The notes under the pieces: generated by a model | What the model was told of the DNA's origin: nothing | The model's input: only the letters and a program-made list of their open reading frames with translations | Database searches by the model: none | Shown: one piece after another, positions 26,461-39,879 of the stretch | Layout: each line of letters opens with the position of its first letter | Position numbering within the stretch: the first letter of the stretch is position 1 | Source of the DNA: Camelus dromedarius | Lineage: Eukaryota | Direction: 5' to 3' | Assembly: GCF_036321535.1 (NCBI RefSeq) | Contig: NC_087437.1 | Span: 77,626,001 to 77,690,000, forward strand | Length of the DNA: 64,000 bases | Made by a program: the position numbers and the translations under genes

Positions 26461-26668
26461 GAGACACTAACCCAGTGAGTGACCTCCTGAAGAACTCACA
26501 CATTTAACTCAACGACAGAGTTTATATTTAGGATCTTAGAAAACAGAAGAAATAAAAATCAAGGACACACTACAACAGCACCTGTGAAGTGAAAGGAATT
26601 TTGCTTCCTTTCTAGAACTCTTCCTCCCCTGTCCCAATCCTGAAGAATCAGAAATAACAGAGTAAACA

Positions 26669-26812
26669 TGGGGGCAATGTATAGCTCAGTGGTAGAGCAT
26701 GTGCTTAGCATGCACAAGGTACAGAGTTCAATCCCAGGTACCTCCATTTAAATAAAGAAACAAACAAACAAGCCTAATTACCTCCCCACCAAAAAAAATA
26801 ATAATAATAAAA
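26669..26812 (+). mobile_element. Vic-1-like tRNA-derived SINE
   Basis: gtatagctcagtggtagagcatgtgcttagcatgcacaagg...gttcaatcccaggtacctcc...(aaac)n cctaattacctcccc then A-rich tail. Confidence 0.9.
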
Positions 26813-29507
26813 TTTTTTTAAAAAGTGAAGAGGAATAGGAGAAAGAGAATTTTCTCTTCTCTTCTCAAATAGTGGACTGGTGACCAGACAAGAAAAGAAT
26901 CAATCATCAAAAGTAGTGATTAGAGAAAAAACATCATACATTATCATCCTGGCAGCCCATCAGTTTTAAAGTGTTCAGTTAATTGGTTACTAAAAAATTT
27001 TTAAAAAATCATTTCATTTCAAATAAACTTTGGTTGTTTACTTAGCTTAAAGAAAAAAGTATTCAAAGTCAGGTGGCCATCATTTGAGGGACCTATTCTG
27101 GGCAGATGCTGTGAGTTGGGTGGATCCATTTTGTTTCTCCAGGAAAACTTCCTACCTGGCAAGTTCAGTCTGTCCAGGCCTGAAGCCGCAAACTCTGGCT
27201 AACGGCTCCCCTCCACACACACACAGCAGAAATCCTCTCCTCTTCCTCTCAACAGTGTGGGGTCCAGTCTCAACTCCTCCCATCCTCTTCCCACTGAAGA
27301 CATTTCCTCTCCCCCAGTAAACTACTCAAACCTCATTTGCTAGCTTGTTTATGAAGAAAAGATGTGGGGCATGAAATAAAACATCTGGCAGCAACTTCCC
27401 CAGAATATCAGTGAGTGTGCTGAAATTACTCTCAAAAGGAACTGTACGTCCCTGAAGAAATGTTCCAGTGTAAGATGCACAGTATCTTTGCTGAAAATTA
27501 AAGTTAATCACAAGCACCTAAGCCCTAAGGCTTTTCAGACATGAATCAAAAGCAGCAGTACCAAGGCAGTTATTTGTATAAATGTTTAATCAAGAGCAAT
27601 TGGCAATGTTACGCATCTGGAATTTCTTGAAAAATAAGGGAGACTAGATGGCCAAAAGCAAGACTAATGTGTCTCTATTGGGTTTTTTAATCAGCGCTAA
27701 CATAATTAAACACTTATATAACACTTTAGGTTTGGGAAAGTTTTATATTTCTTTTTCGAAGTTACATTTCTCAAAACTCTTTGGAAATGAGTGCATTACA
27801 CTTGGTATCTGCTCTTCACACATAAAGAGAATTTATAAGTCAGAGAAAGAAAATAGCTTTCCTTGGGTCACTCAACCATTCACAAGAAGGGCAGAATTAT
27901 AATCCATCAATTATCTCACTCTGCACATTAGATATTAAAAACAGACTTCAAAACAATCAGGCAAGATCTAAGCAATCCTTTCGTGGACAAGAGAGGGAAC
28001 TGAAAATGAGCAAGTCACTTCACCTCTTGACCTGTAGCAGATGTGGGCAAGAAGGATAAATATGTTTGCCTCTTGACCGGTTGTTGTTTTTTTATTGAGA
28101 ATAGTTTGGTAATCGGTAAACACTTACCAGCCAAGTCAACAGAATCAACATAGCTGCAGCTGAACTACGCACAGGAAATTCTGTGAAGTGACTGGCAACT
28201 TGAAAATGTGCAGAAATGTGTATAAATACCTATTTTGTCATAATTTACTGTGTGTATTAAAAAGAGAAAAAGAAAAGAGTATGTTACAGCATGCCATTTC
28301 CCAGCAAAAGTGGTTAACTGCTTGATTCAGTGAAAAGCCAATAAAGGGGAAGAAATTAATATTCTCACAGGTTAAATCAAAAAGCATCTGTTTCATTTGG
28401 GAAGCTCCAGTGTGTAACACAGAAGCACTTTTGGCCGCCATGCTGTTAATCTCTGAGAGGCTATAAACTTGTCATGTTAAGGACTCTGCAAATTCAGCTT
28501 GAATATAATTTGCTTTTCACATTAATAGCCTTTAAGGACACTTAGCGTCTCATCATCACTTCAGTGTCTTGAGAAGCCCAATGTTCTCGTACTCCTCTCA
28601 AAGGACCGCTACTACTTCAGTGCGTGACTTCTCAGTCCTTTGTGATATTAACCCCTTAAATTAAACTCACTTGGAGTTAAAGATGGGAACAAGAGCACTT
28701 GCTTCCGTTTAGAGATCGCACACTATCATTCCACCTGGAAAATTCAGAAGCATTCAAATCCTCCACTGTTGATTAAAATCTGTTTTGGTATCAATAAGGA
28801 GATTCAAGTTCTCCTTTCCTCAGGGGAATGGCAGGGATTTGATAAAACATTACAGATAAAATGCTAAATCACAGCATAGTTTATCAGTGCTCACGCTTTA
28901 ATTTTGTGAAACTCTGCCATCCTCAGATTCTACTTGATGCCCAAATTTCTTCATTGAGAAAAAAAGAGTTAATACGTCACAAAATAGTGTAAAAATCCAA
29001 GGGTGAGTTTAAAAGTCTTTAAATGGTTTTGGTGATGCTCTCCACAGTTTTTAAAGGATATATTCTTAAATTATTTACATTTTTCACAAAGATCAGGAAC
29101 CAAAATACTCTTTCACTGAGTGTTTACAGACTGATTTTTCCCAACTGCCCTAACACACTGCTTCCATGTGATCGTTCCATGTCACCCAAGTTCTTATAAG
29201 GAAATTCTAGAAACTGGTTGTCTCAGTGGGAAAAGCCCCGAGGAAGAGTTCTGGCTTCTAACATTGTGCATCCATAACTTCAGAAGTCATCAGTCCATGA
29301 CCTCACTCTACCATAACTTTCTTGTCACATAAAGAAAGACGCAGGAGAAACGTTATATCCTCACTGAAATCAGATGAAGGATCACCATTTTGGGTTTTAA
29401 ACCACATAAGCAAGTCCTGTCACCCCTCCAGGTCCATTTCCTCACCTACAACACATAGATTTTCAACTAAATTTCTCTATAGATTCTTTCAAATATAAAT
29501 CTATCTG

Positions 29508-30092
29508 AGGAGGAAGGCATCACCAAAATGGCAACATAAGAGGCTCCTGCATTTCCCACCTCCCACAGATGTACTGAGTACACAGCCACATGCAGATCAA
29601 ATCTGAGAGAAATCCAAAAACTAGTTAAGTGACTTCTTCCTCCACATTAGGAATGGAGAAAATCTAAACACATCTAAACAGGTAAGAAAAGCTAATACAC
29701 ACTCTTGCCATAAACCCCACACCAGCACAACACCAATCAATCCAGAGGGAACCCTCAATGCCAGGTTTCTCCCTGAGGAGTGAAGGGGTCAGTAAAAGGG
29801 TACAAACTTCTGGTGAGAAGCTAAATAAGGCTGAGACCTAGTGTATAACAATGTAACTATAATTGATAATATTGTGTGGTGCAACTGAAGTTTGCTAACA
29901 GTAGTACTTGTGTTTTCACCTCTCCCCCTAGCTGCCAAAAAAGGTAAATATATGAGGTATGGGTGTGTTAATTAACTCGACTCTGGGAACTCTTCCACAA
30001 CATCTATCAAATAATCATGTTGTACACTTTAAATATATTACAATTCTATTTGTCAATTATACTTCAATAAAGCTGAAAAAATAGAGACATAA
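29508..30092 (+). mobile_element. Bipartite L1-derived insertion (older subfamily): 5' end fused to 3' UTR end, TSD-flanked
   Basis: Starts aggaggaaggcatcacCAAAATGGC; from ~29789 aaagggtacaaacttc...tgtcaattatacttcAATAAAgctgaaaaaa; TSD AAA(T/A)ATAAATCTAT(C/G)TG at 29491-29507 and 30093-30109. Confidence 0.82.
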
Positions 30093-32689
30093 AAAAATAA
30101 ATCTATGTGGCAAAAATATTCTATATTTACGGCTTAACTTCTTGATTAAGACTATGAAGATAATCAAGGCGTACAGTTCTTTGAGACTGAAAACTTGTAT
30201 TTCCTTGACATTACAGAAGAGCTAGCTTAATGACACAAGTCACATACCCCTTGTCTAATTTTGGGGACCCCTCCCCACCGTGAATAATGATCCAGAAGCA
30301 ATACTTGTGATGCTTTACAGACCAGGGTTTACCTTCGGCTGCACTTCAGCAATGCAGGAATTTGGAAGCCAATACAATTCAAGGCAGAACTGCAGGGAGA
30401 CTTCTGCACCAGCTTCCGGCTCACTACACTGCTGCCTCTGGTATGTTATTAGGGAGATTAACTTTAAGCACTTACTGGTTTAGTTCTGAGCAAGATGAGT
30501 GACCTTTTGTTTCCATCAGGGTGGTGGGTTTGCTATAAATCCCTAACTGTTAAATTCTGGGAGCCTAGAGATAAGCAGCTGCTGAGGGCTTTGCGTTCTT
30601 GCCTGTTATCTTAAGACACCCACAGCACATACTGCAAAACCTACCCACTTGAAGAAACCTTTAAAGCCCACGTGCTAAATGTGAACTTATTTGAGGCATT
30701 ACTGACGAGCTATTTTCATAGAGGGATAGACCTGAAAGGGCCCTCAAGAGCTCTTCCTGTTCAACTTCCCAACCTTGTAGCTGTGTCCTTGTTATCTAAA
30801 GAGATATGCACACCACGTGCCAGCCAGACCCAAGCTTGCCTGGATTTCTAAGATCTGTTTGCTATTCTTGGTCATTTCATAACACTCCTTCCAACTCTAA
30901 GAGGGAATTCATAGCCTTCACCGTATTTTTTAGTTCCGGAAATAGAAAGTAAAGACATAGTCTTGACATATGGCAAGACTATCCAACTTTCTGGTCATAT
31001 GCAAATTTTTTAAGTCTATTTAGACACAATTCAGTTTCCCTTAGGTTAAAATAAATATATATTCTGGCTGTCTATAAGTCAAATATTACCAGTGAATGTT
31101 GTCCAAACTTCAGCTCAAATTATGAGTATAACATGGTGCCAGTCGCAATCCTATGCTGTTTTTGCAAATCCAACTTCTACTTTTGAGAGCCCAAAAGCAA
31201 TTGTTTTATTCAAAAATACCCACCTTAGGAACTCACTGTCTAATGGAATGGAAGGTATGCATTAGCCCCTAAAATTCCACACTAAAAATCTTTATTGACA
31301 ATCTCTAATATTAGACATAAATCACTGCAAGCTCTCTATAGCAATTTTTATATCAGTTAATTCTTTGTGTGTATCTGTGTGTTGAGAGGATGTTTAGAAT
31401 GAAATTGGTTTAATGGAAAAATAGGCTGAAATTCTAGCTCTGCCATCATTAATGCTTCTTTACATGACAATACGAAAATAACCATTTGTGACCTAGTTTC
31501 CTTATCTATAAGGAAGAATGGTACTACAGCCTCTCATTTCTTTAAAATAATTTGGGAAAAATTACATAAGCATTATCTTGAAAAGTTCTGAAAAGATTAT
31601 TCAAAAACAATTAATAATATCATGAAAGATACATCGCTTTGACCACTGTCAATGAGTGTGATAGTGCATGGCTAGTGATTCCATCTTTAAAGTGAGGAAA
31701 GGAGGCATTTTTTGAGAGACAGTCACATCCTTAAGGCACCCTTCCTCCCCCCCGATATTAATCAGCACACAGCAAATCTCCTCTTTAGTCAGTGTTAGAA
31801 CTGTGACAGCCTGCTGCGCCTGCCTTCTTGACACAGCAATTACAGTGCAACAAGACGTTATTATCAATCTTTAGTTGCTGAACCAGTGACAGCCCCCCCA
31901 AAAGGGAGTAAATCAGAAGAAATGGAAGAAAAAGACAAGAAGGCAATTGCACAGAGAGCAAAAGAGCAAGGGAATGCAAGACACGGAGATAAAACAAAGC
32001 CCTAGAGGAGAATAAAAGGACAGGAAATATGGCACCAAAAATTCACTGCTGAATCACATTTTATTTTCAACCGGCATATTTGGCAGATTTAGCATATTTG
32101 ATTAGTGTTCATAAATAACACTTGTCAGAACTTGGGAAGTAAAATGTGAGCCTGCAATTTATTTTCCCCCATTGGAGATTTGAGATGAGAGCAGGACTGG
32201 TTTCAAGGAAAACGTGTAAAGTAGGGCAAGGTCATTTGGGAAGATCTGTCAGTCCTTCCCATTTAATTCAATGCACATTCGCTGAGTGTCTATCCAGTGT
32301 CCCACATTATGTAAGATAACGGAAGTGGGACCCAGTCCTTTCTTCAAGGAGTTCAAGGTCTGGGGACATGGTGGGAAACATTCATAACCAGTTAGAATGG
32401 AATGAATCAAGGATCTGCTTGCAAGTGTGAACAGTCTCTTCGCTACTGCTGACCCTGAACTCAGGATGGGTACTCCCAGGGGCCTATCCTCACCCACACT
32501 CTCAGTGCTACAGGTCCTTTTAGCCCTATTTTTTCTTTTTTTGAAATCCCCCCTGCTCTGGAATTTTCTTTCTCAGTACCCATTTCTAAGGACATTCCTG
32601 GAAATTTCTGCAGAAATTTCTGTCTGCTAGCTACCTACATAAGAGAAACTTCATATTATAATCTAGAAATTCAGCATATAATCTGGGAA

Positions 32690-32890
32690 TTAAACATAGG
32701 GTCTTTGGATTCAGGCAGCACATAGCCAAGTCCCTGGACTGCATCTTACTACCTTCATGACTCTGGACAACTTACTCATCCTTCCTCAGTACTATCTCTA
32801 AAATAAAGATAATTTGTAATTGTATTTACCTCATAGTAATGCTGGGAGGATTAAATGAGCATCTAGTAAATACTTTAAACGTTGGCTATT
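32690..32890 (+). mobile_element. MIR fragment
   Basis: gggtctttggattcaggcag...tgactctggacaacttactc...atttacctcatag...ggaggattaaatgag. Confidence 0.75.
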
Positions 32891-32908
32891 ATTTCATATT
32901 TAGGGGAT

Positions 32909-33311
32909 TGTATTAGTCTGCCAGGCTGTCACAAGAAAATACTAGGGACTGCATGGTTTAAACAACAAAATTTATCTTCTCTTTACCTTTATTATCTGGA
33001 GGGTAGAACCCCAAGGTCAAGGTGCCATCAGGGTTGGTTTCTCCTAAGACCTGTCTCCTTGGTTTGCAAATGACCACCCACCTTGCCACGTCTTCACAGG
33101 GTCTTCCCTCTGTGCACACGTGTTCCTGGTGTCTCTTAGTCCAAATTCCCTCATCTAATAAGAATATTGGTTAGAATGGACTTGGGCCCATCCACATGAC
33201 CTCATGTAACTCCTTAAAGGCTCTATCCCCAAATAGAGTCACATTATGAGGGGCTGGGGGTAAAGACTTCAACCAATGAATTTATGAAGGGACACAATTC
33301 AGTCTACAACA
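32909..33311 (-). mobile_element. MaLR solo LTR (MLT1A/B-like)
   Basis: tgtattagtctg...gtttaaacaacaaaatttat...tcaaggtgccatcagggttggtttctc...gggacacaattcagtctacaaca; TG...CA termini. Confidence 0.85.
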
Positions 33312-33389
33312 GAGGGCATAGCATGCTTACAGTAAATTTACACACACACACACACACATACAAACACTCGCATCTATGTGCCTACCTCT

Positions 33390-35400
33390 TAGAAGACGTA
33401 GAAATTTTTCCTTCACTCCAAATGCTCTGTCATGTGCCATCTCTACCATTACTACCTTCTTGTCCAGAAATGACCACTATTTTTGACTTTGATCATGACA
33501 GATAAATTCTGCCTGTCCTTAAACCTCGTATAAAGGAAATCATACCATGTGTACTCTTCTGTGTCCAGCCTGTTTTAGTCAACAATGTATTTGTAAAATC
33601 CATCCATGTGGTTCCATGTTGCAGCAGTTTTGTTCTTTTTAATTGCTAGGTATGAATATACCATATTTTGTTCATTCACCCAGTGAAGGGCATTTGGGTT
33701 ATTTTCTGTTTGGGAGAATTACAAATAAAGCTAATACGCACCCTCTTATACATTCTCTTGGTGAATATATGCAATCACTTCTCTTGAGTGGAACTGGTAA
33801 TTTAGAGGTGTATTACTTAATTACAAAAAAATGAAACTTTCTAATTATCTTTTTATTTATTTCCAGTTTAATTCTAGAGTAGTTAGAAAATATATTGTGA
33901 ATTATTTAAATCCTTTGAAATTTGTTGGTATTTGCTTTGGTGCCAGTGTATGGCCAATTTTTATACATATTCCACGCACAATTGAAAACAATGTCTATTC
34001 TGCAATTGCATAGTACAATGTTGTATAAATGTAATTGGTGCCAATTATGTCAAGTTGGTTACTTATGCTTTTTTCCTACCTTATATATATTTATGCATTT
34101 TGTGTTAAAGTCTCCAGATACTTATGTTTTTCCATTTCCTTTTTTGTTTTTCTAATCTTATTTATATGCTACAAAACCGTAATATTAGGTGCATGTAAAT
34201 TTGGGCTGTTACACACTCCTATTGAGTTGACTTTTATCATTATGAAATGTCCTTCACTATCTCTGGTAATATTTTCCCTTAAAGCCAATTTTTTTAAGAA
34301 AACAAAGCCATACCTATTTTCTTTGGGTTAATGTGTCCATGATCATTTTTTCAATACTTTTGCTTTCAACATTTCTTTTTCTACATATTTAAAGTGTGTT
34401 TCTTATAAATATATAATTATCTTTTTAGCCAGCAAGATCATCTTTGTTTTTTAATTACAGAATTCAGTCCAGATGAATTTCAATTAATTACTCATATACT
34501 TGGGTTTATGTCCACTCTCTTGCTATTTGTTTGCATATATTTTTGCCTATATATTCCTTGTTTTCTTGCCTTCCTTTGCCTAAATCAAGCTTTTAAAAAT
34601 TACTCCAAGTTTTTCTCCCATTATCAGCTTTTTTAATGATAGTCATTATTCTCTTGGTAGTTACAAAAGTATTTGTTTTAAAACTGAATGCCTCTTTGAC
34701 TTGCTTTTAAAAATTTCAAGTATCTTCTGAAGCTACAAATACATTCCTCTATTTTCTTGAACATATTTAATTGCATTTGTTTAAAAATTTTTTCCTGAAA
34801 AATATAACTATCTGAATCATCTTTGTGTCTCTTCCCATTAGGGTTTTTTTTTTTTTTTTTTTGCTTATCTTACAATTCTGATTGGAAGCCAGACATCGTG
34901 GGTGAGGAATCCTAGAGACCCTTGATATTTTCTTTCTCCAAAAAGCATTAAAGTGTTTTTAAAGGTATTTAGTGTTCAGGTGGCTCACTTGTTCTTTGCA
35001 GATTAGTTTTAGTCTTTGGTAGGTTTGGCTATTTGGTTTTGCTCTTAATCCTAGGATATGATCTTTCAGGGCTGCAAGGGAATGCCTAAGCGTTTACTGG
35101 GACCCTCTAATTTGACAGGATTTGAACATCTTTCTGCATGTTCCTTGCACAGCACTGAAATCTCCACTGAACTCTTCAAGCTCAAGCTGCTGCTACTTTT
35201 CTTGGTTTTGTAAAAATCTTTCCCTATGTTGATGCAGTTTAGGAGTCAATGACTTAAGGTAAAATTATACATGAGTTTTTATCCTCTCTCCCTTTGGCTC
35301 CATTCTTTCTTGGACTGTGCTCTTCGGGCAGCACTCATATCGGTATCCTCGGCCCATTTAGACCAATGTTTTGGTTTGTGCTCTATTCTCCTGCTTAGTA
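33390..35400 (-). mobile_element. Ancient L1 (L1MC/ME-like) fragments
   Basis: Antisense L1 motifs: aaatccatccatgtggttccatgt, gggcatttgggttattt, aatgtctattctgca, tttatcattatgaaatgtccttc. Confidence 0.7.
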
Positions 35401-37449
35401 CCTCTCCCGTATCATCAAATGTACACACACACACACACACTCTGTTTCTCTCTCTCTCCTTCTTATTTGTTATTTGCCAATGGCTTGATCCAGTATCAGC
35501 CACTCAGTCATGAACAGAATAGGCACTTAATTCTGGGCAACTATTTTTAAGACATTAAAAGTATACTTATTTTTAAATAAGTATGTAGCATGGTTCCCGC
35601 AGATGTGACATTTATTTAGGATTTTGAGAAAGTGTACAGTGAGGAAAAGTGAATAAATAAAGTGAGATGAGAGTAAGGAGTCGGTAATTATGTGGAAAAT
35701 GCACGTCATATAAAGGCCACGACATCGAACATCTGTGGAGTCCTCATGTACTAAGTGTGCTACTAGACACGGTGGTAAACCGGCAGGCCATTTATTTCGG
35801 GCTATTTGACCTCGAGAAGGGAGAAAAAGATTAACTGGAAAATTGTAAATAAAAATTCAAGTAGCAGTTTAGAAAACAATAATGTGATTTCTGAAGTACA
35901 AAGTAGAACTCAGTGTATACCGAGCGTAAACCTGTCTCCGTTTAAAATAAGCTGAAGTGAATAAAACAAACAAGCAGGGCATTTAGTTCCAGTTCTCAGC
36001 AGAATAAAACTTTTAAATTTCTGTACCTTCCAGAAGTGAAATGATGCCAGCCTGCACTTTAGCACCTAGGGCGGCAGGACAGAAAACACTAGTCTGAGTG
36101 CCCGAAATAAAAATGGTTCCAATGAGAGTTCTCTGTTTTTTCTTTTTGTTGCTATCAACAAATTCTAGGGCCAGCTGGATGCTGGTTAGCAACATTTTAG
36201 ACTCAGTGGGGCACAAGATTTTTGAGGCCATGAGAGTTCCAGGACATGCTGTTTGAAGTAGGATTAAGACTTAATTCCATTTATACACGGCTGCACCCAG
36301 ATTTACTGAGTCACAATCTCAAATTATTTTCACCAAGCTCTAAAACTGTTTCTGACATGGAGCCAGGTTTACAAACCACTCTTTCAAACTAGGAATTACA
36401 TTTTATCACTCCTTCATTTGCACAGCAGCATTCAAAACTGAACAGAGAACACCCCTTGTGTGTTCAACTTTAATAAGATATTAGCCAAAAAAGGTAGTGA
36501 TATATATTCCTCCCAAAATAACATTAATACATAATCCCAAAGATAACGAAGAGTTAGGAAATCTTTCCTGACCATTATGACTCTCATTTTTATATGTGAT
36601 TCCTAGAGAAGCAATTTTAATTTCTGATGCTTCAGAGAATAATACAGAATTTCTGGTCAGGCAATACGATTGTCTGTAGAACTGAAATGTTTCTTCCTAA
36701 AATGAAGTAGAGATGCTGAACATAATAAAATAAAAATAATCTGGAATTCATAACAGGACTTGCAAGGATGAAAAGAAAATCTCAAGGTGCAAGAAACAAA
36801 TAGTGACCTGAAAACTTTAGTATCTTTAAGGTAATAAGCATGTGAACTTATGTCACTGCTGCCCAAGGGGCTGCTCCTGTTCAATCATGGAGGGACTAAT
36901 TTCATAAAGCTCATGCGAAGAGAGTTGATAGGACTGTGGGTCCTTGCAAAGCAGGAGCTAAAACTGAGACTTCTACCTAATAGTAGATTCTCAAAAGGCT
37001 CTAAACTCAGCAAAAGGCAAATTATAAAAAAATGTCTGCACATAAACATCGGGAACTGAAAAGGAAGCTTACCTGTCTCGACCTAGCCTCCAGATGGAAA
37101 ACAAGTATCTTTTGAAAATTTGAAGGACTAAGTTTTGAAAGAATCCTGCATATTTAGATCTTGAAATGATAATACCCTGAAACTGATAGGTTATAATGTG
37201 AAAAACAGCACAAAATAAATCTGGATAATATTTATTGCAGTAAAGAAAAAAATTAAAAACATACAGGTACAAAAGAACAGTAAAAACTTGAATAAGGATC
37301 AATTAGAACTTCTAGAAAGAGAGATGGAATAACCAGACGATGGATGTGACACAGCACAGGGAAATTCCTAAAGGCCTTGGAAGAGAGCTTAAAAGCAAAT
37401 ACAGCAGAAAGATCACACATAAATGAGTAAGCAGACTAACAGAAAATTT

Positions 37450-38760
37450 TTTACTTCTTTCCAGCGATGAAGACATAACAAGGCTTTACCTCCAGATAAC
37501 TGAAAAATGTTTGAAAAACAACAATTTTCAGACTTTGGGCAACAGGCAATTCCCAGATCAGGGACAGAAAGAGGCAGTAGAAACTAAACAGTATGTGGTG
37601 ACTTACAGAGTTAAGACATTGGAGATGAGTGTTAAGGGAGGCCAAAGCAGAAGAAATTTGTGGGAAGAGTTCCAGAAAAGGAGTTATGCAGAAAAAGTTG
37701 CCCCGATATCTGCACTGGCTTCTCCTTGAGCATTTGCTAAGGACTCTGCTGCACATGCATGGAACAGAACTCCACAAGATAGAGTTAAAGAATGATCAGG
37801 GAGTTATAAGGAGAGCAATTCCCAGAGTTCACAGAGGGTAGGGGGTTATCTGAGTTCCAACCAGAGTGGAAAGTCCTCAGTGATCATCACATTCAGTGGA
37901 GACCCCACTGCATCATCCCTTAGTAGCAGGGCTGAATGATCCCTATAGAGTATGGGCTACTGTAGACCCGCCTTCACAAAGCTCAAAAGAAAGACCTCAA
38001 AAAGATCAAACCGATCTGTAAATAACTTAGTTACTTAAAAAAAAAAAAAAAAAAAAGAAAGAAAGAAAAAGAAAAAAAGAGCTCAGTGGTCTTTCAAGTT
38101 AGACAAGAAAATCCAGACCTTCAACAAAGTAATCATCATAATGTCCAGCAACCTGTCAAAAATACTAGATGTGCCAAGAAGCAGGGACATGTAATTCAAA
38201 ACCAGGAGAAAACCCAATCAGTGGAATCAGACACAGAAATGCCAGAAATGACAGAACAAACTTGAAAGTATACTACAATAGCTATCACATTACATATGAC
38301 ATTTGTGTATTTAAATATGGATAAAATTAGACAAAGAAATGTTAGATATTAAAAAAATAAAATAAAAGGAACTTCCAAAGGTAAGAACTACTATGTCTGA
38401 AGTGAAAATTTCACTAAACTGGCTTAACAGCAAATTAAGCATAGTATTTGAAGACATATCACCAACATATATGTGAATGAAGCATAAAGAAATACACTGG
38501 AAAAGAAGGAGCATCAGTTGACCTATTACCTAATTCCAAATGTTCTAACATACATATAATTGAAGAATCAAGAGGGGAGGAGAGAGGGGCATAGAAAAAA
38601 CTATGTGGAGAAATACTATTTGAAAAGTTTGAAATTTGGTAAAAACTATAGACACTGATTCAAGAGGCTGAACTAATCCTACGTAAGGTAAACACTAGGA
38701 ATACTGTATCAAATCACACAATGCTCAATTATGAAAAATACTGAGAGAAAAAAGTTAGCA
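37450..38760 (+). mobile_element. Ancient L1 5' region/ORF1 remnant
   Basis: A-rich; tactagatgtgccaagaagcaggga...aaccaggagaaaa...gattcaagaggctgaa typical of old L1M ORF1 region. Confidence 0.65.
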
Positions 38761-39879
38761 GTCGCTCCTTCCCTGTCCAAGCAACCTAGGCATCCTAGGT
38801 TTGCAGTTCAAGCCCACTTCATCTGATGCGCAGAAGACAAGGTGACTGCTTCTGATATTTGAGCTCTATATGTTATAATTTCAAGTCAGTGGGGGAAAAT
38901 CCAGGCTTTCACAAATGGCTTTGGACAACGAGCCTAGAATTTTAAAAGCGTAAATTTAAATTATCTCATACAGTAAATTTGAGCTGGGGTAGAGACTTAC
39001 ATATGAAAGATGAAAGTGTCAATGTGCTAGAATTCACCGTGGGAAAACACTATCATGTTTGGGGAAAGACTTTTTGAAACAAGACATTAACGCCAGAAAA
39101 CATAAGGGAGAAAATATGTGTGTAAGGGGCGGATAAATACAGAACTTCCCTCTCTTCCCTTCCTCCTTTCAGAACCATGTGAGGAATAAGGCTCATGAGA
39201 CAGAGATCAAAAGATCAGTTTTCTTACCGACAGAGCTGGCTGGGGTACATGACTTTATTTCTCAGCCAGGTTGCTCTCCACCATGTGAGACCGTGGCCTG
39301 AACAGTCTCTGTCCCTGTGGGGAAACCTAGGGCGAGGGGCAGGGAAGCCCTCTCCAGCAGATAACATTCATAAATCTGATTACATAGAATAATATAAATA
39401 TTACAGCCAGCAAAATATATCTTCAATCCATATAACTAGGGACACGACTCCCAAATCCCCACAATGTATGTGGCTCTAATTGGCTTCAGAATGTAATTCT
39501 GGTGCCTGGGGCAAGAAAGTGGATGAACTTTTCTGGAGCTTTCTTATTTAACTCCCTGAGGGAGAGGGTAGCCTAGACTTTCTTCCCAGATCCCCTTCCA
39601 CCTCATCACTCCACAGCTGTTTTCCTCAGATCACTAGCAGGTGCCTTGATTTCTCCTGGGAGGTAAACAGGCAGCAGACCCACAGATCCTTTTTGGCTAC
39701 TGCACCACTCTTTCCTTTTGGTATTGGTAAGTATCTTTAAAAACCTGCAAAAACACGTTCTAAAATACCATCATCTCTGGGTGGTACGATAATGCACTAT
39801 TCTTAATTTTCCCCCAGATTTCCTTTTTTTTTTTATTTTTTTTTTTTATTAACAGAGGTCAAGCAGGACCTCAGATCCC

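Noticed and set aside
2282..26812. tRNA-like sequences at 2282, 23241 and 26669 as tRNA genes
   Set aside because: They have SINE bodies and A-rich tails (TSD clear at 23241) and degenerate cloverleafs; they are SINEs.
39100..39770. Possible LTR-like element
   Set aside because: I could not assign termini, a TSD or a family by eye.
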